A DNA stretch of 50,265 nucleotides from assembly GCA_963822965.1 (NCBI GenBank), contig CAWGJT010000004.1, positions 1-50,265 on the forward strand, given 5' to 3'. The stretch is from an uncultured delta proteobacterium (GTDB taxonomy: Bacteria > Myxococcota_A > UBA9160 > UBA4427). The position numbers and the translations under genes were made by a program. Below the pieces are notes generated by a model. It did no database searches and had not been told where the DNA came from. It worked only from the letters and a program-made list of their open reading frames with translations. The first letter of the stretch is position 1. Every line of letters begins with the position of its first letter. Shown in pieces: positions 39,651 through 49,126 of the stretch.

Positions 39651-40517
39651 ATGCCGCATCCGGACGCCCGGGCACTCGACGAGGCCCGGCGTTTCTACGC
39701 CGAAGAGATCCGATTCGTCGCCGACCTCGAGCGCGACGAGGTGGCCCAGGTCTTCTCGCGGGTTCCGCGGGAGCGCTTCCTGGGCCCGCCGCCCTGGAAG
39801 ATGATGACTCCGAGGAACGGCTACCGGGACGTCGCGGGCGGCGATCCGCGTGACACGTACCACAACGTGGTCTTCGCCATGGACCCGCGGCGCCTGCTCA
39901 ACAACGGGCTCCCGAGCTTCGTGGCCCGCCTGATCGACGAGTCGGGCGCACGCGCCGGCGACCACGCGGTGCACGTCGGCTGCGGCAGCGGCTACTACAC
40001 GGCGATCTTCGCCGAGCTCGTGGGCGAGACGGGCCACGTGACCGCCATCGAGATCGACGACGATCTCGCCGTCCGCGCGCGCGCCAACCTGGCGGGGTGG
40101 CCGTGGGTCGACCTCCGGCACGCCGACGGCACCCGCTTCGATCCCGGCGCCGCCAACGCCATCTTCGTGAACGCCGGCGCCACGCACCCGAAGGCCCTGT
40201 GGATCGACCGCCTGCTTCCGGGGGCGACCCTGATCCTGCCGCTGACGGTGGAGACGAAGACCCTCGGCGTGGGGCACGTCCTCAAGGTGACCCACACGCC
40301 GAAGGGTCTGGCGGCCCGCTTCGTATCGCCGGTGGGCATCTACCCGTGCGTGGGCGCGCGCGACGAGGAGCACAACCGCCGCCTCGCCCGGGCCTTCGCC
40401 CAGGGCAACGACGAGCTCGCGAAGGTGCAGTCCCTGCGTCGCGATGCCCACGTACCGGGCGACGGCTGCTGGCTGCACGACGACGAGTTCTGTCTCTCGA
40501 CGCTGGCGCTCGGCTGA
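39651..40517 (+). CDS. Protein-L-isoaspartate O-methyltransferase family protein
   Basis: FSRVPRERFLG, LNNGLPS, VHVGCGSGYYTA..AELVG..G.VTAIEID, AIFVNAG, LLPGATLILPL. Confidence 0.85.
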   Translation: MPHPDARALDEARRFYAEEIRFVADLERDEVAQVFSRVPRERFLGPPPWKMMTPRNGYRDVAGGDPRDTYHNVVFAMDPRRLLNNGLPSFVARLIDESGARAGDHAVHVGCGSGYYTAIFAELVGETGHVTAIEIDDDLAVRARANLAGWPWVDLRHADGTRFDPGAANAIFVNAGATHPKALWIDRLLPGATLILPLTVETKTLGVGHVLKVTHTPKGLAARFVSPVGIYPCVGARDEEHNRRLARAFAQGNDELAKVQSLRRDAHVPGDGCWLHDDEFCLSTLALG

Positions 40518-40521
40518 GGCG

Positions 40522-41049
40522 ATGGATCGGCGGGAGCTCGCGCGCCGGATCCACGAGGTCTCGCACCTGCGCGGCGAGTTCGTCCTTCGCTCGGGGATCG
40601 TGGCCGACCGCTACTTCGACAAGTACCGCTTCGAGTCGGACCCGGTGCTGCTTTCCGCGGTGGCCGAAGCCCTGGCGCCGCGGGTGCCCCCGGACGTGGA
40701 TGCGCTCGCGGGGCTCGAGATGGGCGGCATTCCACTGGTGACGGCCCTCTCGCGCGAGACGGGGCTGCCGGCGCTCTTCGTGCGCAAGACCGCCAAGGAG
40801 TACGGCACCCGGCGCCTGGCCGAGGGCGGTGAGATCGAGGGGCGTCGCCTGCTGGTGGTCGAGGACGTGGTCACGTCGGGAGGGCAGATCGTCCTCTCCA
40901 CCGCCGATCTGCGGGCGCGGGGCGCGATGGTCGAACGAGCGCTGTGCGTGATCGATCGGGAATCTGGAGGCCGGGAGAAGCTGGCGGCCGCGGGCATCGC
41001 GCTGGATTCCCTGTTCCGCACCCGCGATCTCGAGGAGGCCGTCGCGTGA
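40522..41049 (+). CDS. pyrE: Orotate phosphoribosyltransferase
   Basis: GEFVLRSG...YFDKY, FVRK.AKEYGT, VVEDVVTSGG, VIDRE. Confidence 0.92.
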   Translation: MDRRELARRIHEVSHLRGEFVLRSGIVADRYFDKYRFESDPVLLSAVAEALAPRVPPDVDALAGLEMGGIPLVTALSRETGLPALFVRKTAKEYGTRRLAEGGEIEGRRLLVVEDVVTSGGQIVLSTADLRARGAMVERALCVIDRESGGREKLAAAGIALDSLFRTRDLEEAVA

Positions 41050-41690
41050 CCGCACCGTCCCGGACCGGCGTCGCCCCCGGGTCCGCTGCGACGACGCGGG
41101 GCCTGCGTCGCATCCCGGACGGCGAGCTGCTCTACGTGCCGGGCTTCGTGGCCGGGGCCGAGGCGGACCGGCTGCTGGATTCGCTGCAGGCGCTCCCCGA
41201 CTGGCAGCGCCTGCGCCTGCGCCTCTTCGGTCGCGAGGTGCTGGCCCCGCGGCAGAGCGCCTGGTATGGCGACCCCGGCGCCCGCTACGGCTACTCGGGA
41301 GTCGTCCACGAGCCGGCCCCGTGGCCGCCAGCGCTCGCGGCCCTGCGCGACCGGGTGGCGTGCGAGCTGGGTCTCACCTTCGACAGCGTGCTCGCGAACC
41401 GCTACCGGGACGGGCGCGACAGCATGGGATGGCACAGCGACGACGAGAAGGAGCTGGGACCCGATCCCGTGATCGCATCCGTGAGCCTGGGTGCCGGGCG
41501 GCGCTTCCGCCTGCGCCACCGGAGCCGCCCGGATCTCGCCACCCTGGATCTCGTGCTCGAGCACGGGTCGCTGCTGGTGATGCAGGGCGCCACCCAGCAC
41601 CACTGGAAGCACTGCCTGCCGCGTACGGCCAGGCCGGTGGGCGAGCGGATCAACCTGACCTTCCGGCGGGTGCTGCGGGGAAGCGAGTAG
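41046..41690 (+). CDS. AlkB-family (ALKBH2/3-like) 2OG-Fe(II) dioxygenase
   Basis: PRQSAWYGD...YGYSG, LANRYRDGRDSMGWHSDDE, IASVSLG, HGSLLVMQG.TQ..WKH, RINLTFR. Confidence 0.92.
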   Translation: MTAPSRTGVAPGSAATTRGLRRIPDGELLYVPGFVAGAEADRLLDSLQALPDWQRLRLRLFGREVLAPRQSAWYGDPGARYGYSGVVHEPAPWPPALAALRDRVACELGLTFDSVLANRYRDGRDSMGWHSDDEKELGPDPVIASVSLGAGRRFRLRHRSRPDLATLDLVLEHGSLLVMQGATQHHWKHCLPRTARPVGERINLTFRRVLRGSE

Positions 41691-41718
41691 CCGCCGGGGC
41701 TCGGCGCGGGTGCGACCT

Positions 41719-42648
41719 TCAGCGCGCCGCCTCGCCGGGCGTCTCCCGCCACCAGTCCTGCCCTCGCAGGCGCTCGACGACGAAGTCCAGGAAGGCGCGC
41801 ACCTTGGCGGACACCTGCTTGCGCTGGGGGATGAGGGCCATCAGCTCCACGTCGGCGTCGAGGACGTCGTCGAGCAGGCGGACCAGGTCGCCCCGGGCGA
41901 GGTCGTCTTCCACCAGGAAGATCGGAAGCAGGGCGACGCCCTGGCCGGCGAGCGCCATGGCCCGCATCGCCCAGCCCGCGTTCGTCCGCAGCCGGCCGGT
42001 GGGGTGGACGTTTCGCGTCCGGCCGTCGACCCGGAAGGGCCACGCCCCCGAATCGGGCAGGTACTCGTACTCGATGCAGCTGTGGCGATCGAGATCCAGG
42101 GGCGCCCGCGGCGTGCCGTAGCGTTCGAGGTAGGCGGGGGACGCGCACAGCACCCGCTCGCAGACGCCGATGCGCCGCACGACGAGGGACGAGTCCCGGG
42201 GCCGCGCGATCCGGACGACCACGTCGAAGCCCTCCTCGACCACGTCGACGAGGCGGTCGGTGAGCTCGAGCTCGAGCCGCAGCTCGGGGAACCGGTCGAC
42301 GAAGCTCGCCACGACGTCGCACAGGAAGAGTCGCCCGAAGTCCTGGGGGGCCGAGACGCGCAGCCGCCCGCGCGGCGCGGCGTGGGCCCCCCGCACCTCG
42401 GCCTCGAGCTGCTCGAGATCGCCGAGCACTCCGGCGCCGCGCTCGAAGTAGAGCCGGCCCACCTCGGTGAGCGAGACGTGCCGGGTGGTGCGGTCGAGCA
42501 GCCGGACGCCCAGGCGTTCCTCCAGCAGCCCGATCTGCTTGCTCACCGCCGACGGCGACAGGCCCAGGGCCCTGGCGGCGCCGGCGAAGCTCCCCAGCTC
42601 GGCCACCTGGATGAACGTGCGGATGTCGTCGATGCGCCCCGAGGGCAT
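41719..42648 (-). CDS. LysR family regulator (CrgA-like)
   Basis: GSFAGAARALGLSPSAVSKQI..LEERLGVRLLDRTTR; GRLRVSAP; DLVEEGFD-like; CASPAYL. Confidence 0.95.
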   Translation of the reverse strand: MPSGRIDDIRTFIQVAELGSFAGAARALGLSPSAVSKQIGLLEERLGVRLLDRTTRHVSLTEVGRLYFERGAGVLGDLEQLEAEVRGAHAAPRGRLRVSAPQDFGRLFLCDVVASFVDRFPELRLELELTDRLVDVVEEGFDVVVRIARPRDSSLVVRRIGVCERVLCASPAYLERYGTPRAPLDLDRHSCIEYEYLPDSGAWPFRVDGRTRNVHPTGRLRTNAGWAMRAMALAGQGVALLPIFLVEDDLARGDLVRLLDDVLDADVELMALIPQRKQVSAKVRAFLDFVVERLRGQDWWRETPGEAAR

Positions 42649-42822
42649 GCCCGGATTCTACACCGGCGACCGTGCACTTCTCGTCAAGAGTGAAGTGATC
42701 GCGAAGCGCTTTCGATCCGCGCCCCGGTGTCTTACAAGCTCTGGGCCGGAGCCGTTCCGGCGATCGAGCTGCGAGGACCCGAGCTCGAGCAGAAGCGTTC
42801 CAGCCGCCACCAGGAGGGCGTC

Positions 42823-43521
42823 ATGATCCAGGTGAGAAAATCCGCCGAGCGCGGCCACGCCAACCACGGCTGGCTCGAGAGTCGACACACGTTCTCGTTC
42901 GCCGGCTACTACGACCCGTCGTTCATGGGCTTCCGCGACCTCCGCGTCATCAACGAGGATCGCGTGGCCCCGCGTCAGGGCTTCGACACCCATTCCCACC
43001 GGGACATGGAGATCGTGAGCTACGTGCTCGAAGGCGCCGTCGAGCATCGTGACGACATGGGGAACGGATCGGTGATCGAGCCGGGAGACGTTCAGCTCAT
43101 GCGCGCGGGGACCGGCGTCACCCACAGCGAGTACAACCACTCGAAGAGCGAGCCGGTGCACTTCCTGCAGATCTGGATCCTGCCCGACCAGGAGGGTCTC
43201 CAGCCGGCCTACGAGCAGCGTCACTTCCCGGAGGCGGAGCGGCGGGGTCGGCTGCGCGTCGTCGTTTCGCGCGACGGCCGTGAGGGCTCGGTCCGGGTGC
43301 ATCAGGACGTGGCGCTGTACACGGCCCTGCTCGACGGGGACGACCACGTGCGGCATCCGCTGGCCCCGGGCCGTCATGCCTGGGTCCAGGTGGCGCGCGG
43401 CCGCGTCCGATGCGGCGGCGTCGTGCTCGAAGCCGGCGATGGGGCGGCGGTGAGCGACGAAGCCTTCGTGGAGCTGGCGGCCGAAGGGCCGAGCGAGGTG
43501 CTGCTCTTCGATCTGGCCTGA
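42823..43521 (+). CDS. Pirin family protein (YhhW-like)
   Basis: RGHANHGWLESRHTFSFAGYYDP, LRVINED, GFDTHSHRDMEI, AGTGVTHSE, FLQIWI. SD AGGAGG. Divergent from LysR. Confidence 0.95.
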   Translation: MIQVRKSAERGHANHGWLESRHTFSFAGYYDPSFMGFRDLRVINEDRVAPRQGFDTHSHRDMEIVSYVLEGAVEHRDDMGNGSVIEPGDVQLMRAGTGVTHSEYNHSKSEPVHFLQIWILPDQEGLQPAYEQRHFPEAERRGRLRVVVSRDGREGSVRVHQDVALYTALLDGDDHVRHPLAPGRHAWVQVARGRVRCGGVVLEAGDGAAVSDEAFVELAAEGPSEVLLFDLA

Positions 43522-43626
43522 GCGGAAAGAGCCCGTCGACCTGGCCCGCGCGGAAAAAGAGCCCGTCGACCTGGCCCGCGCGGAAAGAGAAGAGCCGGCC
43601 GACCTGGCCCGCGCGGAAAGAGCCGG
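43522..43626. repeat. Imperfect tandem repeat (~28-33 bp, ~3.3 copies) between convergent genes
   Basis: GCGGAAA..GAGCC(CGT/GGC)CGACCTGGCCCGC repeated three times plus a partial copy. Confidence 0.85.
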
Positions 43627-43637
43627 GCGCGCGGCGA

Positions 43638-44075
43638 TCAGCTCACGCCCGTCTCGGCGGCCTTCTTCACGATGTGCTCGAGCCACCACTGGGGAGCGCC
43701 GCCGAGCAGCGTCTGCAGGTCCCAGTAGTCGCGCCACAGCTTGATCTTGCCGTCCTCGATGCGGTGGATCGACACGAAGGGAAGCGACACGACCACGCCG
43801 TCGCCGAAGTGCCAGTCCTCGGTGTGCTCGGTGACGACGTTCGGACCCTCGGCGACGATCTGGTGCAGGTGGTGGACGTAGGCCTCGATGGGCTCGAGGC
43901 CCACGCGCAGGCGCGCGGCGATGGCGGCCGGCCCCGTGGCGCCCGCATCGGGCGTGGGGACGTCCTCGTAGAAGCCGTCCTCGGCGAAGTACGCGCCCAC
44001 CTTCTCGAAGTCGCGCCGCTCGAGGTCCTTCCAGAAGGATTCGACGAGCTTGCGGTTTGCTTCCGTGGTGGACAT
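43638..44075 (-). CDS. Limonene-1,2-epoxide hydrolase-like (NTF2/SnoaL fold) protein
   Basis: FAEDGFYEDVP, GPAAI, VVTEHTEDW, LPFVSIH.IEDGKIKLWRDYWD. Confidence 0.85.
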   Translation of the reverse strand: MSTTEANRKLVESFWKDLERRDFEKVGAYFAEDGFYEDVPTPDAGATGPAAIAARLRVGLEPIEAYVHHLHQIVAEGPNVVTEHTEDWHFGDGVVVSLPFVSIHRIEDGKIKLWRDYWDLQTLLGGAPQWWLEHIVKKAAETGVS

Positions 44076-44202
44076 GGGAGCTCCTCGGGTGGGTTTCCGG
44101 GGGCCCGAGTGTACCCGGCCCGGAGCCACCGCGGGTGATCCGTCTCGGGTATCGTCCGGGCCGGATCCGGGCAGCCGGAGCCATCGCGAAGGGAGAAGCG
44201 GG

Positions 44203-44991
44203 ATGGGCCGTCTCGAGGACAAGGTGACGCTGGTGACGGGTGCCGCGTCGGGCATCGGGTACGCGTGTGCGCAGCGTTTCGCCGAGGAAGGTGCGGTGGT
44301 GGTGGGCTGCGACCTGGCTCCGTCGGACGCGTGGGACCGGGTGGCCGGGGCCGCCAAGGGCTCGCAGTTCCACGTGGTGGACGTTCGCGACGAGGCGGCC
44401 CAGGCGCAGATGGCGGCTCGGGCGATCGAGGAATTCGGTCGCATCGACGTGTTGGTGACCGCGGCGGGCGTTGCGGGAGGGGGACCCGTTCACCTGCTGC
44501 CCCTCGAGGAGTGGCGCCGGGTGCAGGACGTCAACCTCACGGGCACGTTCCTGTCCGCCAAGGCCGTGCTACCCCAGATGATCGCCCAGCGCTCGGGCAG
44601 CATCATCACGGTGGCCAGCGTGGAAGGCCTCGAGGGCGGCGAGGGCGCCAGCACCTACAACGCCTCGAAGGGCGGGGTGGTGATCCTCACGAAGAATCTC
44701 GCCCTCGACTACGGGCGTCTCGGCATCCGGGCGAATGCCATCTGTCCGGGCTTCATCGAGACGCCGATGTTCCGCTCCGTGATGGACGGCGAGCAGTTCG
44801 CCGGCCAGAAGCAGCGCATCCGCGAGCAGCACAAGCTCGGGCGCTTCGGCCGGCCCGAGGAGATCGCGGGCGCGGCCTTCTTCCTGGCCTCGGACGACGC
44901 GTCCTTCGTGACCGGGGTGGCGCTGCCGGTGGACGGCGGGTTCACGGCCGGGCACTGGGTGGGCGTGACGACCCTGATGGGCCTCGAGTAG
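44203..44991 (+). CDS. SDR family oxidoreductase
   Basis: VTGAASGIG, VNLTG, ITVAS, YNASKGG, RANAICPG.IET, SFVTG..LPVDGG. Confidence 0.95.
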   Translation: MGRLEDKVTLVTGAASGIGYACAQRFAEEGAVVVGCDLAPSDAWDRVAGAAKGSQFHVVDVRDEAAQAQMAARAIEEFGRIDVLVTAAGVAGGGPVHLLPLEEWRRVQDVNLTGTFLSAKAVLPQMIAQRSGSIITVASVEGLEGGEGASTYNASKGGVVILTKNLALDYGRLGIRANAICPGFIETPMFRSVMDGEQFAGQKQRIREQHKLGRFGRPEEIAGAAFFLASDDASFVTGVALPVDGGFTAGHWVGVTTLMGLE

Positions 44992-45042
44992 CGAGCGAGC
45001 AGCGGTCGGCGTACGACCGGGACGGGCTCCGAGCGGCGCGGC

Positions 45043-45813
45043 TCAGCCGGCCTCGCGCTGACGGTCGCGCGGTCGGGCGCCCGCGCGGCGGGGCGTGCGC
45101 GTCTCGTCGAACACGGCCAGGAACTCGGCAGCCATGCGCGGTCCCGCGCCCTCGTCCTCGTGCTTGAAGAACACGAACACCTCTTCCCAGCGCCGCCGCG
45201 CGATGTCGAGCGCCCAGTCGGCCAGCGCCGCGCGATCGTAGTCGGACCGCCTCAGGCGCAGGTAGCCCCGGCGCGACGTCTCCACCAGCGGGGGGCGAGA
45301 GCCCTCCTCGTCGTCCACTGCCACCAGCGCGAAGTCGCGGGCCCGCAGGCGTTCGTGCACCGCTTCGTCGTGCCAGGAAGGGTGACGGAGCTCGAACGCG
45401 GCGGGCAGGCCCTCGGGCAGCAGCTCCAGGAAGGCGTCGAGCCGCGGCAGGTCGCAGGCCAGATTGGGCGGGAGCTGGAAGAGAACCACGCCGAGACGCG
45501 CGCCCAGCACCGCCAGGTTTCCGAGCAGGAAGGCCGTCTCCTCGGCGGTCTCCTTCAGGCGCTTGAAGTGGGTGATGCGCCGCGACGCCTTGATGGAGAA
45601 GCGAAAGTCCGGCGGGACCTGCGCGGCCCAGCTCTCGAGCACGCTCTGCTTCGGCATGCGGTAGAAGGTGTTGTTGATCTCGACGGTGGAGAATCGCTCG
45701 GCGTAGAACGGGAGCATCTCCGCGGGCTTCGTCTTCTCGGGGTAGAAGGGACCCTTCCACTCTTTGTACGCGTAGCCGCTGGTGCCGGCACGCAGGTGGG
45801 TGGCGGTGGTCAC
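45043..45813 (-). CDS. DUF72 domain protein
   Basis: GTSGYAYKEWKGPFYP, VEINNTFY, FSIKAS..ITH, LFQLPP, AFELRH.SW, YLRLR, VFFKHE. Confidence 0.92.
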   Translation of the reverse strand: MTTATHLRAGTSGYAYKEWKGPFYPEKTKPAEMLPFYAERFSTVEINNTFYRMPKQSVLESWAAQVPPDFRFSIKASRRITHFKRLKETAEETAFLLGNLAVLGARLGVVLFQLPPNLACDLPRLDAFLELLPEGLPAAFELRHPSWHDEAVHERLRARDFALVAVDDEEGSRPPLVETSRRGYLRLRRSDYDRAALADWALDIARRRWEEVFVFFKHEDEGAGPRMAAEFLAVFDETRTPRRAGARPRDRQREAG

Positions 45814-45897
45814 GGCGGGTCTCCTTGCGGCAGCCCGGGGGCATCCAATCTACATCGGCCGAACGCCGGCCCGCCAGCCCGACACCCCCGCGACGCT

Positions 45898-47580
45898 TCA
45901 AGTGCCCTCGGGAAGCGACCACACCACCGTATGACGGTTCGCGTCCCGCCGTACGAAGCCGAAGGCGGCAAGGGTCTCGCCCCGGGGATCGCCGGGGTCG
46001 AGCATCACGTCGCCCACCGCGAGCGCACGAAGCCCGGCGAGGAGGTCGTCGCGGCTCGGTGTCGCGCCCGGCGGCCGCGCGAAGAACCAGGCGAGCACCG
46101 GATCTTCGCGGTAGCGGTCCAGCACGCGAGGCGGCGGGCGCGACACGTATCCGCCGACCAGCGCGCGGCCGTGCAGGGTCTGCTGGTACATGGTCTCCGC
46201 GCTTCCGAGGCGTGGATCGAGGACGCGCCGGTGCTCGGGTGACGCGCTCGAGAGCGCCAGGGGAGCGGGCAGCGCGCCCAGCTGCGGAGCGAACGCGTAG
46301 TCGAGACACACCAGAGCGACGACCCCGGCCGTTGTACCGAGACCGACGCGGCCGCCGGCGCGTGCGCGGATCCAGACCAGGAGCTCGGCCACGCCCACCG
46401 CCAGCACGAGGTAGACCACGATCGCGTAGCGGCCCGCCTCTCCGACGGCGCCCAGCAGCGGCACCCACCGCCAGAGCCCGAAGGGCAGGTAGACCGTGAG
46501 CCCTCCCACCTCCACCACCTCTCGCTGCCACAGCAGCTTCGGCCCCATGGAGAGCGCGAGAAAGAAGACGAGCACCGCGGCCAGGTGCCCGACGTAGGGA
46601 GCACGGCGCCGGAGCCACAGGCCCGAGACGGCCAGTGGCGCGACCGCGAGGCCGAGATAGACCGCGGGCTCGATTCCGTCGAGCCCCGGGAGACCGAGGC
46701 TCCGGGGCCACGCGCTCCACACGGAGGTCGGCGTGAAGGGAAGCCAATAGGCGACGAGCTCCGGGTCGTAGCTCCGGTCGCTCCGCGAGCTCGGCGGATG
46801 GCCGGTGGTCAGCGTGTAGTAGAGGGCCGTCGCGAGAATCGGAGCCGCGGCCAGGAACGTCGGCGCGAGGGCGCGGGCGAAGCGCCGCGTCGCCTGCGCG
46901 AAGGAGGCGAGCCGGATCTCCCGCACGAAGAGCAGCAGCCCGAGGTTGGCGGCGAAGACGGGCACGTTCGGGTTGCAGGTGAAGAAGACGAGCAGACCCA
47001 CGGCGGCGAGCAGCCAGCTGCGGCGCCTGGCCTCGAGCGCTTCGGCGGAGCCCGGCGGTGCGCGCTGCGCGTCCACGGCGCGCAGCAGGGCGACATAGAA
47101 GAGGGGCAGCAGCGCGCCATACAGCAGGTCGACGTGGCCCAGCGTCTTGCTCACGACGAAGGGCGAGAGCATGAAGACGGTGCCGCCCGCGAAGCTCGCC
47201 CAGAAGTCCCCGGTCAGCTGGCGGCACAGCACGAAGGACGCGGTGCCGGCGAGGGGCAGCGCCGCCACGACCACGGCGTTGTAGGCGAGGGGCAGGGGCA
47301 GGACGCGAGCGAGCAGGGCGATGGCGCCCGAGGGCAAGACCGCCAGGCTGTGCCACACCAGGGTCGTGCCGTAGGGGGCGAAGAGCAGGTCGGTGAACCA
47401 GGGGTTCTCGAGGTGCAGCAGCGATCGGGAGAGCCACCACGCGTTCCAGAGGCTCTCGAGGCTGTCGCCGCCACCGAGCTGCTCGTGTACCAGACGGCCG
47501 CACACCGGGGCGAAGAAGGCCCCCGCGACGAGCGCGTATCCGAGCGCCGCCGCCGGCCAGCCCGCTCTCCTGCTCTTCAT
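45898..47580 (-). CDS. Multi-pass membrane protein, GT-C/YfhO-like glycosyltransferase candidate
   Basis: GGDSLESLWNAWW...FAPYGTTL; LAYN; many TM segments; VYLG; TMYQQTLHGRALVGGYVSR. Confidence 0.6.
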   Translation of the reverse strand: MKSRRAGWPAAALGYALVAGAFFAPVCGRLVHEQLGGGDSLESLWNAWWLSRSLLHLENPWFTDLLFAPYGTTLVWHSLAVLPSGAIALLARVLPLPLAYNAVVVAALPLAGTASFVLCRQLTGDFWASFAGGTVFMLSPFVVSKTLGHVDLLYGALLPLFYVALLRAVDAQRAPPGSAEALEARRRSWLLAAVGLLVFFTCNPNVPVFAANLGLLLFVREIRLASFAQATRRFARALAPTFLAAAPILATALYYTLTTGHPPSSRSDRSYDPELVAYWLPFTPTSVWSAWPRSLGLPGLDGIEPAVYLGLAVAPLAVSGLWLRRRAPYVGHLAAVLVFFLALSMGPKLLWQREVVEVGGLTVYLPFGLWRWVPLLGAVGEAGRYAIVVYLVLAVGVAELLVWIRARAGGRVGLGTTAGVVALVCLDYAFAPQLGALPAPLALSSASPEHRRVLDPRLGSAETMYQQTLHGRALVGGYVSRPPPRVLDRYREDPVLAWFFARPPGATPSRDDLLAGLRALAVGDVMLDPGDPRGETLAAFGFVRRDANRHTVVWSLPEGT

Positions 47581-47713
47581 CGATTCGATACCATGCCCGT
47601 GATTCGAGACCCGCGCCCCACGTCGGTCCGATGGCCCGCGCTCGAGGAATCTTCGCGAATCGCAGGGGATCGTTCGACGACCGGCGTGCCCCGGCGCGGG
47701 CGGGGAGAACGTC

Positions 47714-49126
47714 GTGCAGCTCACCCGCCAGCCGGCCGTGGCCGGCACCTTCTATCCGGGCGTTCCCGCCCAGCTCCAGGAGGAGGTGGACCGCTTCCTG
47801 AGCGAGGCCGGGGAGGAGGAGCCGGGAAGGCCCCTTCCGAAGGCGATCGTCGCTCCCCATGCGGGCTACGTCTATTCCGGTCCGGTGGCCGCTTCCGCCT
47901 ACGCGTGCCTGCGCGGCGCGCGGGGCAGCATCCGGCGCGTCGTCCTGCTCGGTCCGAGCCATCGCGTCCCCGTGCGCGGCCTCGCGACCACCCGGGCGGA
48001 CTCCTTCATGACTCCCCTCGGCGCGATTCCCATCGACCGCGACGCGTGCGATCGGGCCCTGGCGCTGCCGCAGGTGCACGTGAGCGACGAGGCCCACGCC
48101 TACGAGCACAGCCTCGAGGTGCATCTGCCGTTCCTGCAGCGCGTGCTCGGCCCCTTCACCCTGGTGCCCTTCTCGGTGGGCGACGCCAGCGCCGAGGAGG
48201 TCGCGGCCGTTCTCGAGGCCCTGTGGGGTGGGCCCGAGACGCTGATCGTGGTGAGCTCGGATCTCAGCCACTACTACGACTACGACACGGCGAGGCGCCT
48301 CGACGCCGCCACGACCCGAGCCATCGAGTCCCTGGATCCCGCCGGCCTCGACCGCGAGTCCGCCTGTGGGCGCGTTCCGGTTCGCGGTCTGCTGCTCTGC
48401 GCCCGACGCCATGGGCTCGTGGTCGAGACCGTGGACGTCCGGAACTCCGGAGACACCGCGGGTCCGAAGGATCGGGTGGTCGGATACGGATCCTGGGTGT
48501 TTCGCGCACCCCAGGGCGCACGCGACGCCGCCGGCGAGGGAGGCTCGCCCGGCGGAGAGACGGACGAGCCCGCCTGGGAGCCCCGCTTCGACGCCATGCT
48601 GCTCGACGTGGCGCGCCGCTCCATCGAAGTGGGCGCGCGGACGGGTCGGGCGCTCGAGGTCGATCCCCTCGCCTTCCCGGAGCCGCTTCGCGCGGTCCGC
48701 TCGTCGTTCGTCACCCTGAAGCAGGACGGCCAGCTCCGCGGATGCGTGGGCTCACTCGAGGCGCATCTCCCGCTGGTGGCCGACGTGGCGCGCAGCGCCT
48801 TCAAGGCGGCCTACGAAGATCCGCGCTTCGCTCCCGTCTCCGCCGAGGAGATCCCCGGGCTCGAGCTGCACGTTTCGGTGCTCGAGCCCAGCACCCCGAT
48901 GCGCTTCGACTCCGAAGCGGATCTGCTCGCCCAGCTCCGCCCCGGCGTCGACGGCCTCATCCTGAAGGAGGGCCGCGCCTACGCGACCTTCCTGCCCGAC
49001 GTTTGGGAGTCGCTGCCGGCGCCCCGGGACTTCCTGGCGCACCTGAAGCGCAAGGCGGGTCTGCCCGCGGACTACTCGTCAGACACCCTCTCGGTGTATC
49101 GCTACCGGACCCGCTCGATCGGCTGA
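47714..49126 (+). CDS. AmmeMemoRadiSam protein B (MEMO1-like) fused to protein A (AMMECR1-like)
   Basis: RQPAVAGTFYP, APHAGYVYSG, LGPSH, EHSLEV.LPFLQ, SSDLSHY, CG, NSGD, VVGY; then FVTL...LRGCVG, DPRF, SVL, ATFLP.VW, LKRKAG. Confidence 0.92.
   Translation: MQLTRQPAVAGTFYPGVPAQLQEEVDRFLSEAGEEEPGRPLPKAIVAPHAGYVYSGPVAASAYACLRGARGSIRRVVLLGPSHRVPVRGLATTRADSFMTPLGAIPIDRDACDRALALPQVHVSDEAHAYEHSLEVHLPFLQRVLGPFTLVPFSVGDASAEEVAAVLEALWGGPETLIVVSSDLSHYYDYDTARRLDAATTRAIESLDPAGLDRESACGRVPVRGLLLCARRHGLVVETVDVRNSGDTAGPKDRVVGYGSWVFRAPQGARDAAGEGGSPGGETDEPAWEPRFDAMLLDVARRSIEVGARTGRALEVDPLAFPEPLRAVRSSFVTLKQDGQLRGCVGSLEAHLPLVADVARSAFKAAYEDPRFAPVSAEEIPGLELHVSVLEPSTPMRFDSEADLLAQLRPGVDGLILKEGRAYATFLPDVWESLPAPRDFLAHLKRKAGLPADYSSDTLSVYRYRTRSIG

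Noticed and set aside
39651..40517. RiPP-associated isoaspartyl methyltransferase
   Set aside because: No precursor peptide, lanthipeptide, lasso or graspetide enzyme is nearby; the neighbours are pyrE and AlkB.
42675..42697. CACTTC-N11-GAAGTG palindrome as the LysR box
   Set aside because: The position between LysR and pirin is plausible, but the palindrome is not centred on a T-N11-A core, so the evidence is too weak to call.
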